30,044 nucleotides of DNA from Catajapyx aquilonaris (Eukaryota). The notes under the pieces are model-generated. The model was not told where the DNA came from, made no database searches, and worked only from the letters and a program-made list of their open reading frames with translations. Below, piece after piece: positions 1 to 12,478 of the stretch; the first letter of the stretch is position 1; each line of letters starts with the position of its first letter. The translations under genes and the position numbers were made by a program. The stretch spans positions 62,001-92,044 of the forward strand of contig JYFJ02001227.1 in the NCBI GenBank assembly GCA_000934665.2, written 5' to 3'.

Positions 1-1250
1 GGCGGAGATTGTTAAATAAAAGCAAACATGCCACAGAGAATACGAGCATAAACATACTGTACACCGGTGTACCACTGGAACAATTATGCGTAATATTTCA
101 TAGTCATAGTTTTGGTTGTTCACACCTGAGAACGGTATAATTATATCCAACATACACAATAAGAGACATGTAAACTTACTATATACGAAAGGTAAAAGAG
201 GTATATACGTACATATTGCGAATTGTGCTAAATGCATAAAAATCTGATTGTGATGATTTTCATGTTGATTGCCATAAACAGTTACCGTACTTGTAGTTAG
301 CTTGTAGCACTTTTATTATATATGGTTCCGACAAGAGGAAGTTCTACACTACAGTCCGTGACCCCAAGCTCATGTAACTTTCTATACACACCAGGTAGGC
401 CAGATATGCCTATTTTCATCGAGACCTCGATTTACAGGGAGGGGGGAGAAAGCCATAATAATTCATTGTAATACAGCCTGCAGTATATACTGTATAAAAA
501 AGTTTTATCATGCAGTTTGACAGTGTGTGGTTCCAGTCCGGACGCTCTCTATTGGGCAGGCTCACCGTGTCCTACCCTGAACAAAAAAGTCAGTAGGATA
601 ATGGGTGAGGCTCTTTTTTCGCAGCAGTCTGTTGTCAGACTCCATTGTCGGTGGCGCAGTTATTAATCGCAATGGGAAAAAATCCTAATTTGGCGGCAGG
701 AGACTTTTTTTAGTTGGTGCGATACTGTAGTTCCATAGTCACCATGATTTTGCTTCTGAATGAAGAGACATATCAAAACTCTGAAATGTAACGCTATCTA
801 TACCGTATTTAAGGAGCAGCAGGAACCATAATTCTGAATTTAACACATTAATCCACATTAGTTTGCATTGCTTTACATTTACCCCTTAAGTTGTACAGTA
901 ATTAAACTCCCACCATAATGCACAAATAAATTATAAGTGTGTAATGTCTTTTTTTAAAAGGGAGAAAACTATCCCTCTTGACCTTTCCTATAACAAGGGT
1001 AAAACATTTTCATACACTGAATGAATTTTGGTATATAATGCACACGTATCATTAATGAACTGGATTTTCAAAATGTGCCTCTTGTTCCATTACGGTATTA
1101 ATATAAGGTGCGATGTTACACCTGGAGAAGCTCATCATCAGAAGGGGGTTAATCAATAACCTAGTGCTAGTACAGATGTAAGTCCTGCACGCTAACTTCT
1201 TTAGTACGTACTAAAATGTTAGGTAAGGGACAAAGTGAGTTTCTTGAGGA

Positions 1251-1285
1251 GGGGTACGTCATTAAAAAAAGTTAGAAAACCACTG
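1251..1285. mobile_element. Orphan right end of a hAT (Charlie-like) non-autonomous element
   Basis: GGGGTACGTCATTAAAAAAAGTTAGAAAACCACTG resembles the reverse complement of the CAGTGGTT(C/T)TCAAC-type hAT terminus. I found no partner end or TSD. Confidence 0.35.
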
Positions 1286-1907
1286 ATCATTAAACGGATT
1301 AACCAAGGGCGCACAAGGACTCAAGGGGGTTGGTTCTTTGAAAGGTAGGGGGTCCTGTGCTCGATTTCCGGATCTGAACATTTAATGACGGTGGCTATTT
1401 GTCAAACTTGATTTTCTTTAGCCTTATTCTATTTTCGCGTTGCAATTTAAACCCCCTACCTTTTCAATTACCATCTAGGAAGGGAGTTTTATTATCTAAT
1501 TATGTGCTGTAATGTGAAAGCAAACATGAGCTTTACCACGGTTTAAAGTCTGTTATTAACTAAAATGGTGGTGTCCATTCTAACGGGTCAAGGGTGAATG
1601 AGTTTAGTTGGCTATATGCCATAGCTCTATTTCAATACTTCTGTTGAAACTGATACTTTGTCAGGAGTACCAGTACTGATTGAATAGCCTGCACTTGCGT
1701 AATGGCTCTCGAGTGGAAAAGTTGAGCCAGCTGTCAACTAATTGTAACGAGCGTGCTACTTAATCGAATTAAATAACAAGTCATGCTAATCATTGAATAT
1801 TGGTGTCCTCTCCAAAATGCCAAACATTGTTTATTTCAGTTTATTTCACACAAGTTGGTTTTTTGAGATTGTGAACAGCAGAGTTTGGGATTACTTTTCA
1901 ATCTGTG

Positions 1908-1926
1908 TATTATTATTATATTAGTC

Positions 1927-1992
<66 letters not shown>

Positions 1993-2013
1993 CATCATCA
2001 TCATTATTATTAT
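1908..2013. repeat. (ATT)n/(ATC)n trinucleotide microsatellite
   Basis: Long pure (TAT)n run at about 1927-1992, followed by (CAT)n and more TAT units. Confidence 0.97.
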
Positions 2014-3165
2014 AGGTAAGAACCTACAGGTAACTGCCACATAATTATATCATAAACTAGGAAACTCAATACCCATGGCGACTCAAGTTACCCTCCAAAG
2101 AACGTGCAGTAGACCTATACGTACGAGTATACCGAAGCCGTAGCAAAGCCTGTTACGCACTACGGGCAGGAGGCTTAAAAGATGATCAAACAGGGGAGCT
2201 CAGGCAGAAGGTAGGCAAAAAAAATTTCCCCATGTACAGTGTGATCGTAATAATATTTCGATCTAACATAATGCAGCTAGTTATGCCAATAGATTGAGTC
2301 AATGATATTATGAAGTCATTTTCGGAATTTCCAGAAGTTCTGCAAAATCTTTTACTTTTATAAAACTTTCATTTTTTTCTCTATATGCTAAAATAAGTCC
2401 TACATCAGCCTTAGGAACCGTGGATGTGTTTTTGTATCCTTCTTATCAGTAGCTATCAACAAAAAGTACCGCAACCATAAAAATCCATAAGGAAGCTACG
2501 GTAGAACCTCCAAAAATAGAAGTACTCTACTAATATTGTCGTAACTTGTCAGTTGGGAGAAACCCAACTAATAACATGATTAATGGAATGACTGACACTG
2601 TTTGACTCCAAAACTTTGGAATATGGCATGACCATTCCGAAGAAAATTCTGACTCTCCCTCTGAGGTGATTGACAATCTAACAAAGCATGCTATAAATAG
2701 AAGCTATCTTTAGAAAATATTAAAGTTTAGATTTTCATAGATCCCGCACTGTACCTTCAGGTCCATCGCAGCGTTTAGGCCATGCTATGGTACGAGACAT
2801 GTCCTTTTAGATTCGTATCATAGCAGGTTCTCAATATTGGTCGTGCTACCGTTGAGTATAGCCTACGTCTCTGTGGCAAACTGGATTCGGCCAACCTTTC
2901 GCTAAACATTCGGTTCATTTCTATATACGTATGTAATTATACGGTGAATCGAAAAAGACTATAGGGTAACAGTGTAAACGTATATGCATAAGGGATGACC
3001 TGTGAATGGTCACGTTACGGGGTAACATAAAAATAAATAAATAAATAAATAAAAATAGTACATAGACAATGCTCACGACAAACTCAACGACCCTTCGCAT
3101 GTACAGTATACAGATGGCACGTTTATGCATGTCCATGACTCGTCTAAAATTTATGTCACCGGCAG

Positions 3166-3499
3166 GGTTCGTGTGGTGGAATGCTCAGCCCGGGACGACC
3201 ACAACGTACGGGCAGTATTTCGAGGCTTCCTGGAGTTGGCCCAGAGGACTCCTAGCGCCGCCATGTTGAAACGCAGAAGCAGCGCGCACGCCGCGCGTGG
3301 AGGTGGACCCGGAGGACGTCGCGGGGACTCCAGCGGACCGTCAGACAGCCTGATCGCTGCCGAAATGGCCGTTGCTGCAGCTGCAGCGGCCGCGGCAGCG
3401 CCCAAGCCTCGTAGCCGTAGCTTGATCCGCCGGTCCAGCCGCAAAGCCAAGCAGCAGGTGCGTCAGGCACAAAGCAGCGAGGATTGCGCCGTGTCCTAA
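3166..3499 (+). CDS. Last coding exon of a Ras-superfamily small GTPase (Rhes/RASD/Di-Ras-like); upstream exons not found in this window
   Basis: Splice acceptor ...gtcaccggcAG (3164-3165) is followed by VRVVECSARDDHNVRAVFRGFLELA, the G5 box (ExSAK/R) and final helix of Ras-fold GTPases. Next come a basic Ser/Arg-rich hypervariable tail and the CAAX box CAVS before TAA (3497-3499). The exon is sharply GC-rich against its flanks. The ORF-track ATG at 3125 is probably intronic. Confidence 0.85.
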
Positions 3500-6400
3500 A
3501 ATGGCAGCTCAGACTCGAACCACCCATGCCGTCCGCCCCCTCCTCACCTTACCCATCCTTTCTTATCCAGTTACCAAACTAAGTGGGGGTCCAGGTAGTA
3601 CAGGTCAGAAAGTACTAGTGTACCCGGCGTCTAGCATGTTACCTAGTCCTGATTAGAGTAAGTGATGTTACGGAGTCGTGGCTAACAGACCAAAACTGAC
3701 GAAGGTGTAATGTCGAGGGGTTGGTTCTGCTTACTTAATTAATAGATGCTAGTTCTAATTAAATTGGGGCTTGCTTGTGTAATGAAATTTAGCATATGTT
3801 GAAGCAGAGAAAATCCGCAGTGTTCTGAAGTCGCCTATCACCACCTGATGAAGATCACATATCCCAAATGCATTTAAGGTCAAATGGCATATATCACAAC
3901 ATTCTTACTGGATATGAGCGACTCTGCTCTGCGATTACTCAATTTATGTCAGCGGAAGTATTATTCAACGTGCCCAAGTTACCTGTAAACAGTAGCTCAA
4001 TTCCGTAACCCACGTTGCAAGCTCGTCCTATCATGAGTGTTACCGTTCTTAATACAGACAGAGGTAATGGTGGCTTGGATTGAACTACGAATTAAGGAAG
4101 GGCACGGAACCTTTTTATCAACCCCTGATCTTCCCTTCAAATAAAAGAGAAAAACATATAAATTATGATTACATTCAAGGAGCATAATATATTATTCTGC
4201 AAATGCTTTTTTGCGTAATATTCTAACTCAAATTCAGAGTTTTTCATACTGTTACACACTAGCTAATCCTTCTGTATTTTTCTTTGTACAGTAATATATT
4301 GTCAAATATTTTTCTTCCAAGTAACAGTTGGGACATCATTATTCACTGGCTCTCCCCAACGCATCTTTAAAAAGTCTTATTCCATCGCCGCAGAATTTTT
4401 TCACGATGAGATAATAGGATAACACAAAGTCGATCTAACGTTAATAATGGAGCAAATCCTAAGTTGCTCATATTAAGTTATGAATTGTCAATGTTTTGTA
4501 TCTAACTGTCTAACATAAGGAAGGCAAAACACCAAATGATTAAACACATGGCCATCATCTGTACATCTTGAATGTCGCCAGGCTGCAAAACGTGTTCAAA
4601 CTTTATAAATATTTAAGATCATGAGCAAATAAGGAGCGAATAATGACCTATTGCGTAATTAATTATCCATTTTGTCAAGGTTAAATATACGAGTACTTTA
4701 AAGAGGTTTAATTTGTAAGAGAGTTGGACATGTACTGTAATCTTCTGTATTATGATGCCCTTTGAATTGACATCACTTCTTTGTCCTGCTGCAAGATTCA
4801 TGAAGCTTCTTAGAGGCCTGAAAGTTAAGGTTTACTAAGCACTCTTGTCATGATTCACGCCTGTACTTCATCTTCTTCATACTCGAGACCAAAACCTTGT
4901 GCAATATTTGTGTGAATTGGGCTGTCCAACTGCATCAAGTGAAAGCCAGTTTTCTTGATCCTACCGGTGGAGACAACCCTCTGTATAACTGACCCCTCGA
5001 TATCTAATATCACTGTGATTTTGGTGGCGGATTTACCGTCTACAGTATTTTCCGGACCAAAAAGTACGGAGGTTTAACGGATTATTGGACATGAAATCTA
5101 ATTCTTTCGCTTCAAATGTATTGGAACTAGGAAGTTCATTAAAACTTGTCATCGTACAGAAGTTAAAGAAGGAAGAAGAAAAACGTGCCAGGCCTTCGAC
5201 AACTTTATTAAGCCGCGACCCACTTTCATCACCTATACGAGCAGACGGCAACACTAGACTTTTCATCAACGCAAATGAATATCAAGAAAGACTTTAATAT
5301 AATAGTTTTCATTTTGGTTTGCTGTGGAAATAGTCAAATATGAGCTATCGCTACTTGTCACTTGCACGCCATCATTTCAAGGGGCAAACTCCAAAATGGG
5401 TACTAAACTTGTAATTAAGCTGCCACTACAGTAAAAGACATATATCGTTTTTCTCCATCTGGAGTCAATGTGTACTTTGGTCGTGAACAGGTCATGACAA
5501 CTTGTGGCAATGGCCGGAAAAAAACCTAACATGCCCTGCTGGGGTTTCTAAGAGGACTACCCCTGAAATCAATCATCATTATTGTGACACTTAAAGTAAT
5601 CTATGGGAGCCTTTGACTGTCACTATAGGTGCAGGAAATGGATGGCAGGGTTGACAGCGGATATCTTTTTTTTCCCCTCTTATTTTTTTCCTCATCCGGG
5701 CCACTCTACTTGGCTGGACTGTAGAGATTTCCAAATGTGGCATATCCCCTCTTTTGGCTGAACGATGTTGCCAAAATGGGAGGAGTCATTTTCAGCTGCT
5801 TGTGATATGTCTTGGATTTAGTTTGCAAAATGGGAATGGGAAAGGGAAAAGATGTACAAGGGCGGCCGTAAATTTTTTGGCGCTAGTTCCATTTTCATAC
5901 GACAGGAACGTTTTGTCGTGAGAGTAAGAACAGTCCATGTGATTCTTCCACAGTTTTTTTTGTCTCCAAACACTTAAATGTAAACCAAATTTGATTAAGA
6001 TTCAACGACTTTGTTTCCTGGAAAGAATCCCGGGTGTAGATATGTGCCAAAATAATCAAGCCAAATGGGCTTAAGTGACTGAATTAGTTGTTCCTCTATA
6101 GGCACCGGATCGATTCATGGGGATGGATTCCTTAAAAGTTATTTGGTACCTTTTAGCAGCGCCATAAACTCACGCCGAAACCAAGAAAGTTCCGGTATTA
6201 ACTTTATATTGACATAAATTAAACATCTCTTCTTCAAGCATCAACATTCGATTCAAAGCAACATTTTACTCAAACACCCGGAGTTTCCGTTCACGTTAAT
6301 CAACCTAACGCTCTTTCAAGTTGACTAGAGTCAACAATTTTTAATCAAGTGGATCGGACTTTTACAACGCTGACCACAAGACAGGAGCAATCCAGAACAA

Positions 6401-7398
6401 CAGTGCTGCCACCCCCCCACGTTTGAAGCAATTACACTAAAACACACTTCACCTGGTAGCATGATTTCGATTCGGATGTAGTCGTAATTGGTACATATTT
6501 ACGCGTGTTGGCACCTTGAGTGCAAACTGGCGTTGCGGTGGGCATAAACAAGTCCACTTGTGCCTGGCAGGCCAATCACCCTGACTATTAATCAACAGCC
6601 AATTTTCCTGAGTGGAAGTTTCACGTGGACCCAAACACAGCAACGTATGATGTTACTTTGCGCGTCTCTCCCTCCAAAAGTAGCTTAGGTCTGCCCAGTA
6701 GGGAGAAGGAGAAGAACTTATTCAAGAAAGTGGTCCAAGAATGAGGTTGGGAGAGGGAAACGGACATAAGCTTCCTCAGACAAGAGCCGTGACATTCCTC
6801 TTTGCCTTGGAGGGCTGGGTGGGAAGTATAGGGCTGATTCGTTGCCTGGCAACACTGCAAAATGGGCCTCTGCTCCGGGTTGACGAGACCCTGAGGCTCT
6901 CATTAGCGGAAGATCTTCCTCACCTTCCCCAGGATTTTCGGATAGGGTTTTGCCCCCTCTGTCACACCCTTATTTTCGTCCAAGTCGGAGATTGCATTGT
7001 TGTCCACCTGTTTTTATTCAATCACATTTGTCAATGTGTCCCCCAGTTTTTTCCTCTCCCAAAGCTTGATGTAATATGTTCAGTTCGTGGGTAACTTTGT
7101 GTGATAGACTGATCGTTCTGTATAGTATTATAATAAGGCTGATAATATCATTTCCTTGTTGAATTCGTGTAGGTACACAGTGTAGTGGAATTTGGGGAAT
7201 TATCAGGTGGATTGATTGCGTAGTCATTTTTTCCAAGTCCTGCAGGTCCGTTGATATGTGGTCGTCACGGACGTCTAATATCAGCACCCAAAGTTATTGT
7301 GATGACGTATAACTGTTTATTCATCATGGACCGCCGGGAGTGAATGCAGTGATACGTCATCGATGTTACTTGCGTATGTTGATATTGGATACCTTTTA

Positions 7399-7526
7399 CA
7401 CTGCTGTGGATCAGATCTTACACACCTTGAAATGTCCGGAAAATTAACATGGAACTAATGAACATGATACTAATCATGATCCTTACCCCGGAAGAAAATA
7501 TAGGATCTGCTTGATTTTCAGCAGTG
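7399..7526. mobile_element. Degenerate MITE with CACTG termini
   Basis: Left CACTGCTGTGGATCAGATCTTA versus right reverse complement CACTGCTGAAAATCAAGCAGATCCTA. The match is imperfect and the TSD is unclear (TA/TG). Confidence 0.35.
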
Positions 7527-10297
7527 TGAATGTTTCCTAGACGCCTATATTTGCGTTGTGTATCTCGACGGTGTCTCTCAGAATGACGTATTTTGTGAAT
7601 TGCCTATTTAGAAATTCTTTTGTCAAATTGGGTGCCAATGCTCCAATTTTCCCTCCATGTTTTCATCTCAATGGTTCTACCCTTTTGGTGTATCTATGAC
7701 TGTTGGTCGATGCATTTCTATGTAGCCTACTATATTATACACATTAGGTCATACACGTTTTACAGGGTGTTCCAGCTCAATTATTCTATTAGTTGTCAAA
7801 ATTTTGGCGCTAAGAATCTTTTATTATGCAGTAACTTTTAGGAGCAGAAAAATACTGACTTACAGCTGACATTTGGGAGCTTAAGACAATGGGAGCTTGG
7901 AGACATTGGAGGCTTGGGAATTAGGACAAAAGTTGGATCCTTCATTTTTTTTCCAAGCTAGACCCTTCTGCAGTAGTCTACAATGATATACCGTACTCCA
8001 AGTCTGATATTAAGATAAAAAATTGGCTGCAGCTTTTAGACCTAAGTAAAGTGAAACTTGTCTGTAACTGACCCGGGATAGAGAGGAAACTTTTCCATTA
8101 TGGTAGCTTTGTCTTGGACTGGCGCAGGATTTTCTTTGTATTTCTGTCACACATAATAGAAACCTATGCTGGGATCTTCAGGGTGGGAAGTTTTTGCGGA
8201 ACAAACCGACTCCGTGTAGACAGGTTTCGCTGAATAAAGGAACTGCTTCATAAAGAATACATTAGTGCCAAAATTGCATTAGTTGTTGCAATAGGGCAAT
8301 TGGGTTGGACCATCCAGTATGTGCTGGGTGTTCAAGTCTGCAATTGCGACATCACCAATCATGCCAACTTGAACAACACCCTTATATGAATAATTCTAAT
8401 TTCTTTGTTATGTTCATACTCGTAAAAGTAGATGTCAGATTTGTAAGATTATTCAATAGAAATATACAGTTGTCCTTGTAATTAAAAATCGCGTAACCTA
8501 TTAACACTGTGATTGTAATGGACGCGTTCCAGCAGGTCACTCCAAGCATCATTTTTAGAATTTACGACATTACGGGCTGCCAACTTTGAACCCATCTAGT
8601 CCCATATTGTGTGGAATTCACTTGCACTAGTATACCATAGACAGAATCCTTGAATTTTTTGAATGGGGAGGAGGATGAGGAGGGGGCCGGTTCAGTGTTT
8701 TATGAGTCAGATAAACCAATCGATTTTGTGTGTTTAGAAACTGCTGTGCAGTTAAAACGTAAGCGAACTAGTAACCAATTTGATGATGAAAGCTGCTATA
8801 GAAAGGTATAGAGCTCACTGAACCACATACGACTGTGATGGTAGATGTTGGCATTCAAAAGGGGAGTCAGGTTTATAACTTTTTTACGGCTTTAAACAAC
8901 TTCTAAAGTTACATTTTCAGCGCCCATATGGTTGCTCAAAAATTTACGTGAAACATTTATAAACATTTTCTACCCATTTGATAAATTGGATACCGTTGCA
9001 CACCATATGAAATAATCATGTCCACTTACCCAAACTGAAACTGGATTCGGAAATCTAACCACAGAACGGTTCACTGTTTTTTTCAGCCCTTCAAATCATG
9101 TATAGTAGTAACTCAAGGGGTTACTAACACCGCTTGACCCACTGGCGAAAACCCGACAATGTGGAATCTCCCATAATTCTACTTTGCCATCAGTAGTAGG
9201 CTATAATCCGATAGCTACCAAAGTGTGTACATATTTATTTTCTCTTCGTTTTCGAGTGTGTTGCTATACCAGCCCATTTAGTGAAGGAAAAGGAACAGAC
9301 AATAAAAAGCTCAGGGTAATGTTACTGTGCCGTAGATTGCAAACGGATTTTACTTATCTGACACGAGTCAGCCTGATTTCAATTCAATTGGTATTCTATC
9401 CTTGTTTTCCCCCACCTTTATGATCGCCAGTGTACATTTTCAAGTGGGTATTTGCAGATTCCACGTAAAAACACGCGCATTTCCTGATATTCTATAAAAT
9501 TGTCGGCTGAGTTAGAGACGAATTCGGAACACGCAAATCATAGACGAAGGATAATGGCGCTAGGGTAAACATGACGTCACTCCAGATGGAAGGTAAAGTT
9601 AATTGAATTACCGACATATGGCGCAGTGATGTGCCTGCCGCAAGTATACTCCCTCCTCCACTCTGTAAGTGACGTCCTGTCAATTTTTGAAAGTAAAATG
9701 CTCGATATCGGATATCTGAACACAATGCCATGTATCACACCTCCTTTGAAAAGGTACGGGAACATAACCGCGTTATTTGGAATTTCCGAGACTAAACCGT
9801 AATATGATACCACTTAACCACGGAGATACCCATCGTGGATACTCGGAATTTTTTCAGTGTTCCCTCCAAACAGAGGTCATCAAAAATGTAGGTTGGGTAC
9901 TTTGTACTTTTGACAAGTCTTTGTGACCACCGTATTCTTAGGATATTTGCTTGGGTAAGTCATCCACGTCATTTAAAATAAGACGTATGCTTTTATTGTC
10001 ATTGATAGTATGACCATGACTACTGTACATTTAACATGGTTATATTACTAGCACTCTTATTTAGTGGATTTACTGTAACGATGATCATTATTATAATGAA
10101 ATAGGAAGTAAAACTTCCAAACGAAATATGCACTGGTGATCACACAAAAAATTATGTATGGTACGGGGTTATGCAATGTTATAGTAGATGAATGCGCTAA
10201 GCATGGCCATTTTATGTGATCACCAGTATACTCGCAATTGTACAGAACTGGGTTTGTGTCTCTAACAGGTTTTATCTGTAGCATATGGCCCAAAGGA

Positions 10298-10510
10298 TCC
10301 TCTGTAGTTCAGTGGCAGAACACACACTACCTAGTGTGGACCTGGGTTCAATTCCCAGCGGAGGAGAATGGGTTTGAAATCATGACCGCTTGGATTGCCT
10401 CCTACCACGTGAAAGTACATAACTTTATTTCCTGGATGTGGTCTGGATTGGGGTTAAATCTTTGTGAATATGTCTGATATCATCCTTCTGTAAGCAGCAT
10501 AGTAAATAAA
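10298..10510 (+). mobile_element. tRNA-derived SINE (tRNA-like head 10298-10365 plus unrelated body and A-rich end)
   Basis: A box TAGTTCAGTGG (10305-10315), B box GGTTCAATTCC within T-stem CTGGG/CCCAG, and acceptor-like stem TCCTCTG/CGGAGGA. The anticodon arm is non-canonical. About 145 bp of body follows, ending AGTAAATAAA; the 3' end is approximate. Confidence 0.75.
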
Positions 10511-10607
10511 TCATGCAGGTGATCTGTAGAAAAATGTTTGAATCTCTCCTCTAACATGATATTAGGGTTCTTCAACAGAGGTCATTTATCTTTTGTTAAT
10601 GTAACAG

Positions 10608-11759
10608 GTGGAGTCAATCAAGGAAGAAGCAGCGCACCTATGGAAGCAAGTTAATTATTATGTATCGACTACAAAGAAAACTGGTGGGCAAGTACAGACA
10701 TGACAGGGTGTTGATTGATTCGACACATGGAGTCACTAGCTATGACTTTCAACTGACCACCCTGATGCTAATAGATGAGCATGAGGAAGGGTTTCCTGCT
10801 GCTTTTTGTCTAAGTTCCCGAGTAAACACAGCTGTTATGACATTAATTTTTCAACACATCGAGGCTGTCAGTGGGAAAATACATGCATAGGTGTTTATGT
10901 CTGATGATGAACCATTGTTTTGAATGCCTGGGTGCAAGTAATGGGTGTCCTTAAGCGCAAATTGCTTTGCGTCTGGCATGTAGATCGTGCCTGGCAAGGA
11001 AAATCAGCTTCCATAAGATGCACGCAGAAAAGAAAGGAAGTGTACCAATGTCTCAAGGTGTGTCAGATGACTTTGGATAAGGATAGATTTAATGTCATGT
11101 ATGCAAAGCTATTGGAGCTATTCCAAAAGGATGAAAATACTAAAAGATTTCTATGCATACTTTACTGGATACTATGACAAAATAAAAGAAAGTTAGGCTT
11201 ATTGCTTCAAAAAAGGAGCTCGACTTAATACAAATATGGTCTTGGAGTTTACCACCAGAAACTGAAGTACATGCACATGGGGGGGGGGGGNGGGGGGGGG
11301 GGGTAAGCGTGTGGATAAGTGCAGCGCTGTGCTGGAAGAATTGCTCCTTGATAAAGAATTTTATGCCAAAATTAAATTGGTGATGGGCAAGTTAACTTCC
11401 AAAATTGCGGATTTAAGACGAAAACATAAAGAGGGCACTAATTTGAAGTGTATCATGAAGAGTAAGGAAATGGTGTGGCATGTCTCAGAGGAAGGAAGTG
11501 GGAAAATACACAAGAAAAAATGCAGATCATTTTGTGCAAAGGGCTTTCTTGCCCATTGTGTGATAAGTGTAATGTGTGTATCCATAAGGTTTCATGCACC
11601 TGTTCTGATAATTTGGTTAAGGGGAACCTGTGCAAGCACATACATTGTGTATTTGGCACTAAACCCCACACTGCCCCAAGCATGATTGGCATTACAATAG
11701 ATGACACTTTGCAAGAAGAGAGAGAATTCCGTAAAGAAATTGTGCAAAAGAGGAAAGTG
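10608..11759 (+). pseudogene. Degenerate Mutator-like (MULE) DDE transposase with C-terminal SWIM zinc finger
   Basis: Motifs appear in order across frameshifts and stops: IDSTHG (first D), LTTLMLIDEHEEGFPAAFCLS, VFMSDD (second D), LLCVWHVDRAW (CxxH), NTNMVLE (E) and HQKLKY. These are followed by SWIM-type CTCSDNLVKGNLCKHIH. There is an in-frame TAG at 10888-10890, several frameshifts, and a poly-G run with an N at 11279-11303. Confidence 0.88.
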
Positions 11760-12478
11760 TGTCGCGTGCCTGCCCGGCTATAGGTGGGCACGCTACGTTG
11801 AGCTAGGCCTAGTGACCCCACCAGCCTAGCCCCTATCCCCTTTGCCCCAGTCACCCCAAATGAGACGCACAGTTACACTCCAAACTGCCTTTAATTCACA
11901 TCACTCATACACACTACTCACGTACAGTACTGGCCAATAATCGAGGCAACGACTAGCGACATTTTCCCGAAGCGGCAGAAGAAGGAATCGAAGATAAGCA
12001 TGCTAGAAGCCGGGCGAGAAAAATTCCTTCTTCTGCCGCTTCGGGAAAATGTCTCTAGTCGTTGCCTCGATTATTGGCCAGTACTGTACAGCACCGGGGC
12101 CCAAGGCCCATCAGAACACATCCCACGGGCTGCGGCCACCTCCACACAACCTCTCCCTAGCCTGGCCCACCTCAGTCTGTCCTTTGTCTCACACACCCAC
12201 ACCCCACCTACTCCTTCAATACTTCCAACCGTCACCACCAGATGGCCACCCTTACCAGGCCCACTACTGCTGCCCTCTGTGGCGCCAGGTTCAAGTACAA
12301 GGCAATGCCACAGTGCCCCCCTCATTAAGAAAAGGACGGGGTCGTACCGTACAGTGCTGGACACATTAGCCGTCTCTGAATGTTTTTTTCCGGCGGCACT
12401 TGGTCTTGATTATAATAAGACTTGGCGGGTGAGGCCTCTTCTGGCTGATTCCGGGCCCTTTGAGTCAGCCCCCTGACA
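11760..12478 (-). mobile_element. Probable solo LTR (or LTR-like insertion) truncating the MULE transposase
   Basis: TGTC...GACA inverted termini and an abrupt switch to C-rich composition where MULE coding similarity ends. ATTAAA lies on the minus strand near 11890. I found no matching 4-6 bp TSD. Confidence 0.45.
11925..12086. mobile_element. Tc1/mariner-type MITE, 162 bp
   Basis: 64-bp TIRs (11925-11988 and 12023-12086, one mismatch) starting CAGTACTGGCCAATAATCGAGG, flanked by TA on both sides. Confidence 0.9.

Noticed and set aside
2235..2753. Possible TA-flanked Tc1/mariner MITE (TACAGTGTGAT ... ATCCCGCACTGTA)
   Set aside because: Only about 7 bp of terminal complementarity, too weak to call.
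1..3165. Upstream exons (G1-G4 boxes) of the Ras-like gene
   Set aside because: I found no GxxxxGKS, DTAG or NKxD coding segment with splice sites. The region appears intronic.
3069..3527. Overlapping alternative ORFs (3069-3269 +, 3151-3450 -, 3252-3527 -)
   Set aside because: Shadows of the GC-rich GTPase exon.
4550..5300. Short ORFs and an LQPGD peptide reminiscent of Harbinger/ISL2EU transposase
   Set aside because: No following ADRGF or other motif, and no coherent protein.
6449..7287. Cluster of minus-strand ORFs that might be a decayed TE or viral gene
   Set aside because: Manual translation of the minus-strand frames gave no recognisable domain. A BLASTX search would be needed.
10298..10365. 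Functional tRNA gene
   Set aside because: The anticodon arm is non-canonical, there is no adjacent poly-T terminator, and it continues into a SINE-like body.
11279..11303. Poly-G run as a G-quadruplex element
   Set aside because: It contains an N and lies inside a dead transposase, so its length is an assembly uncertainty.
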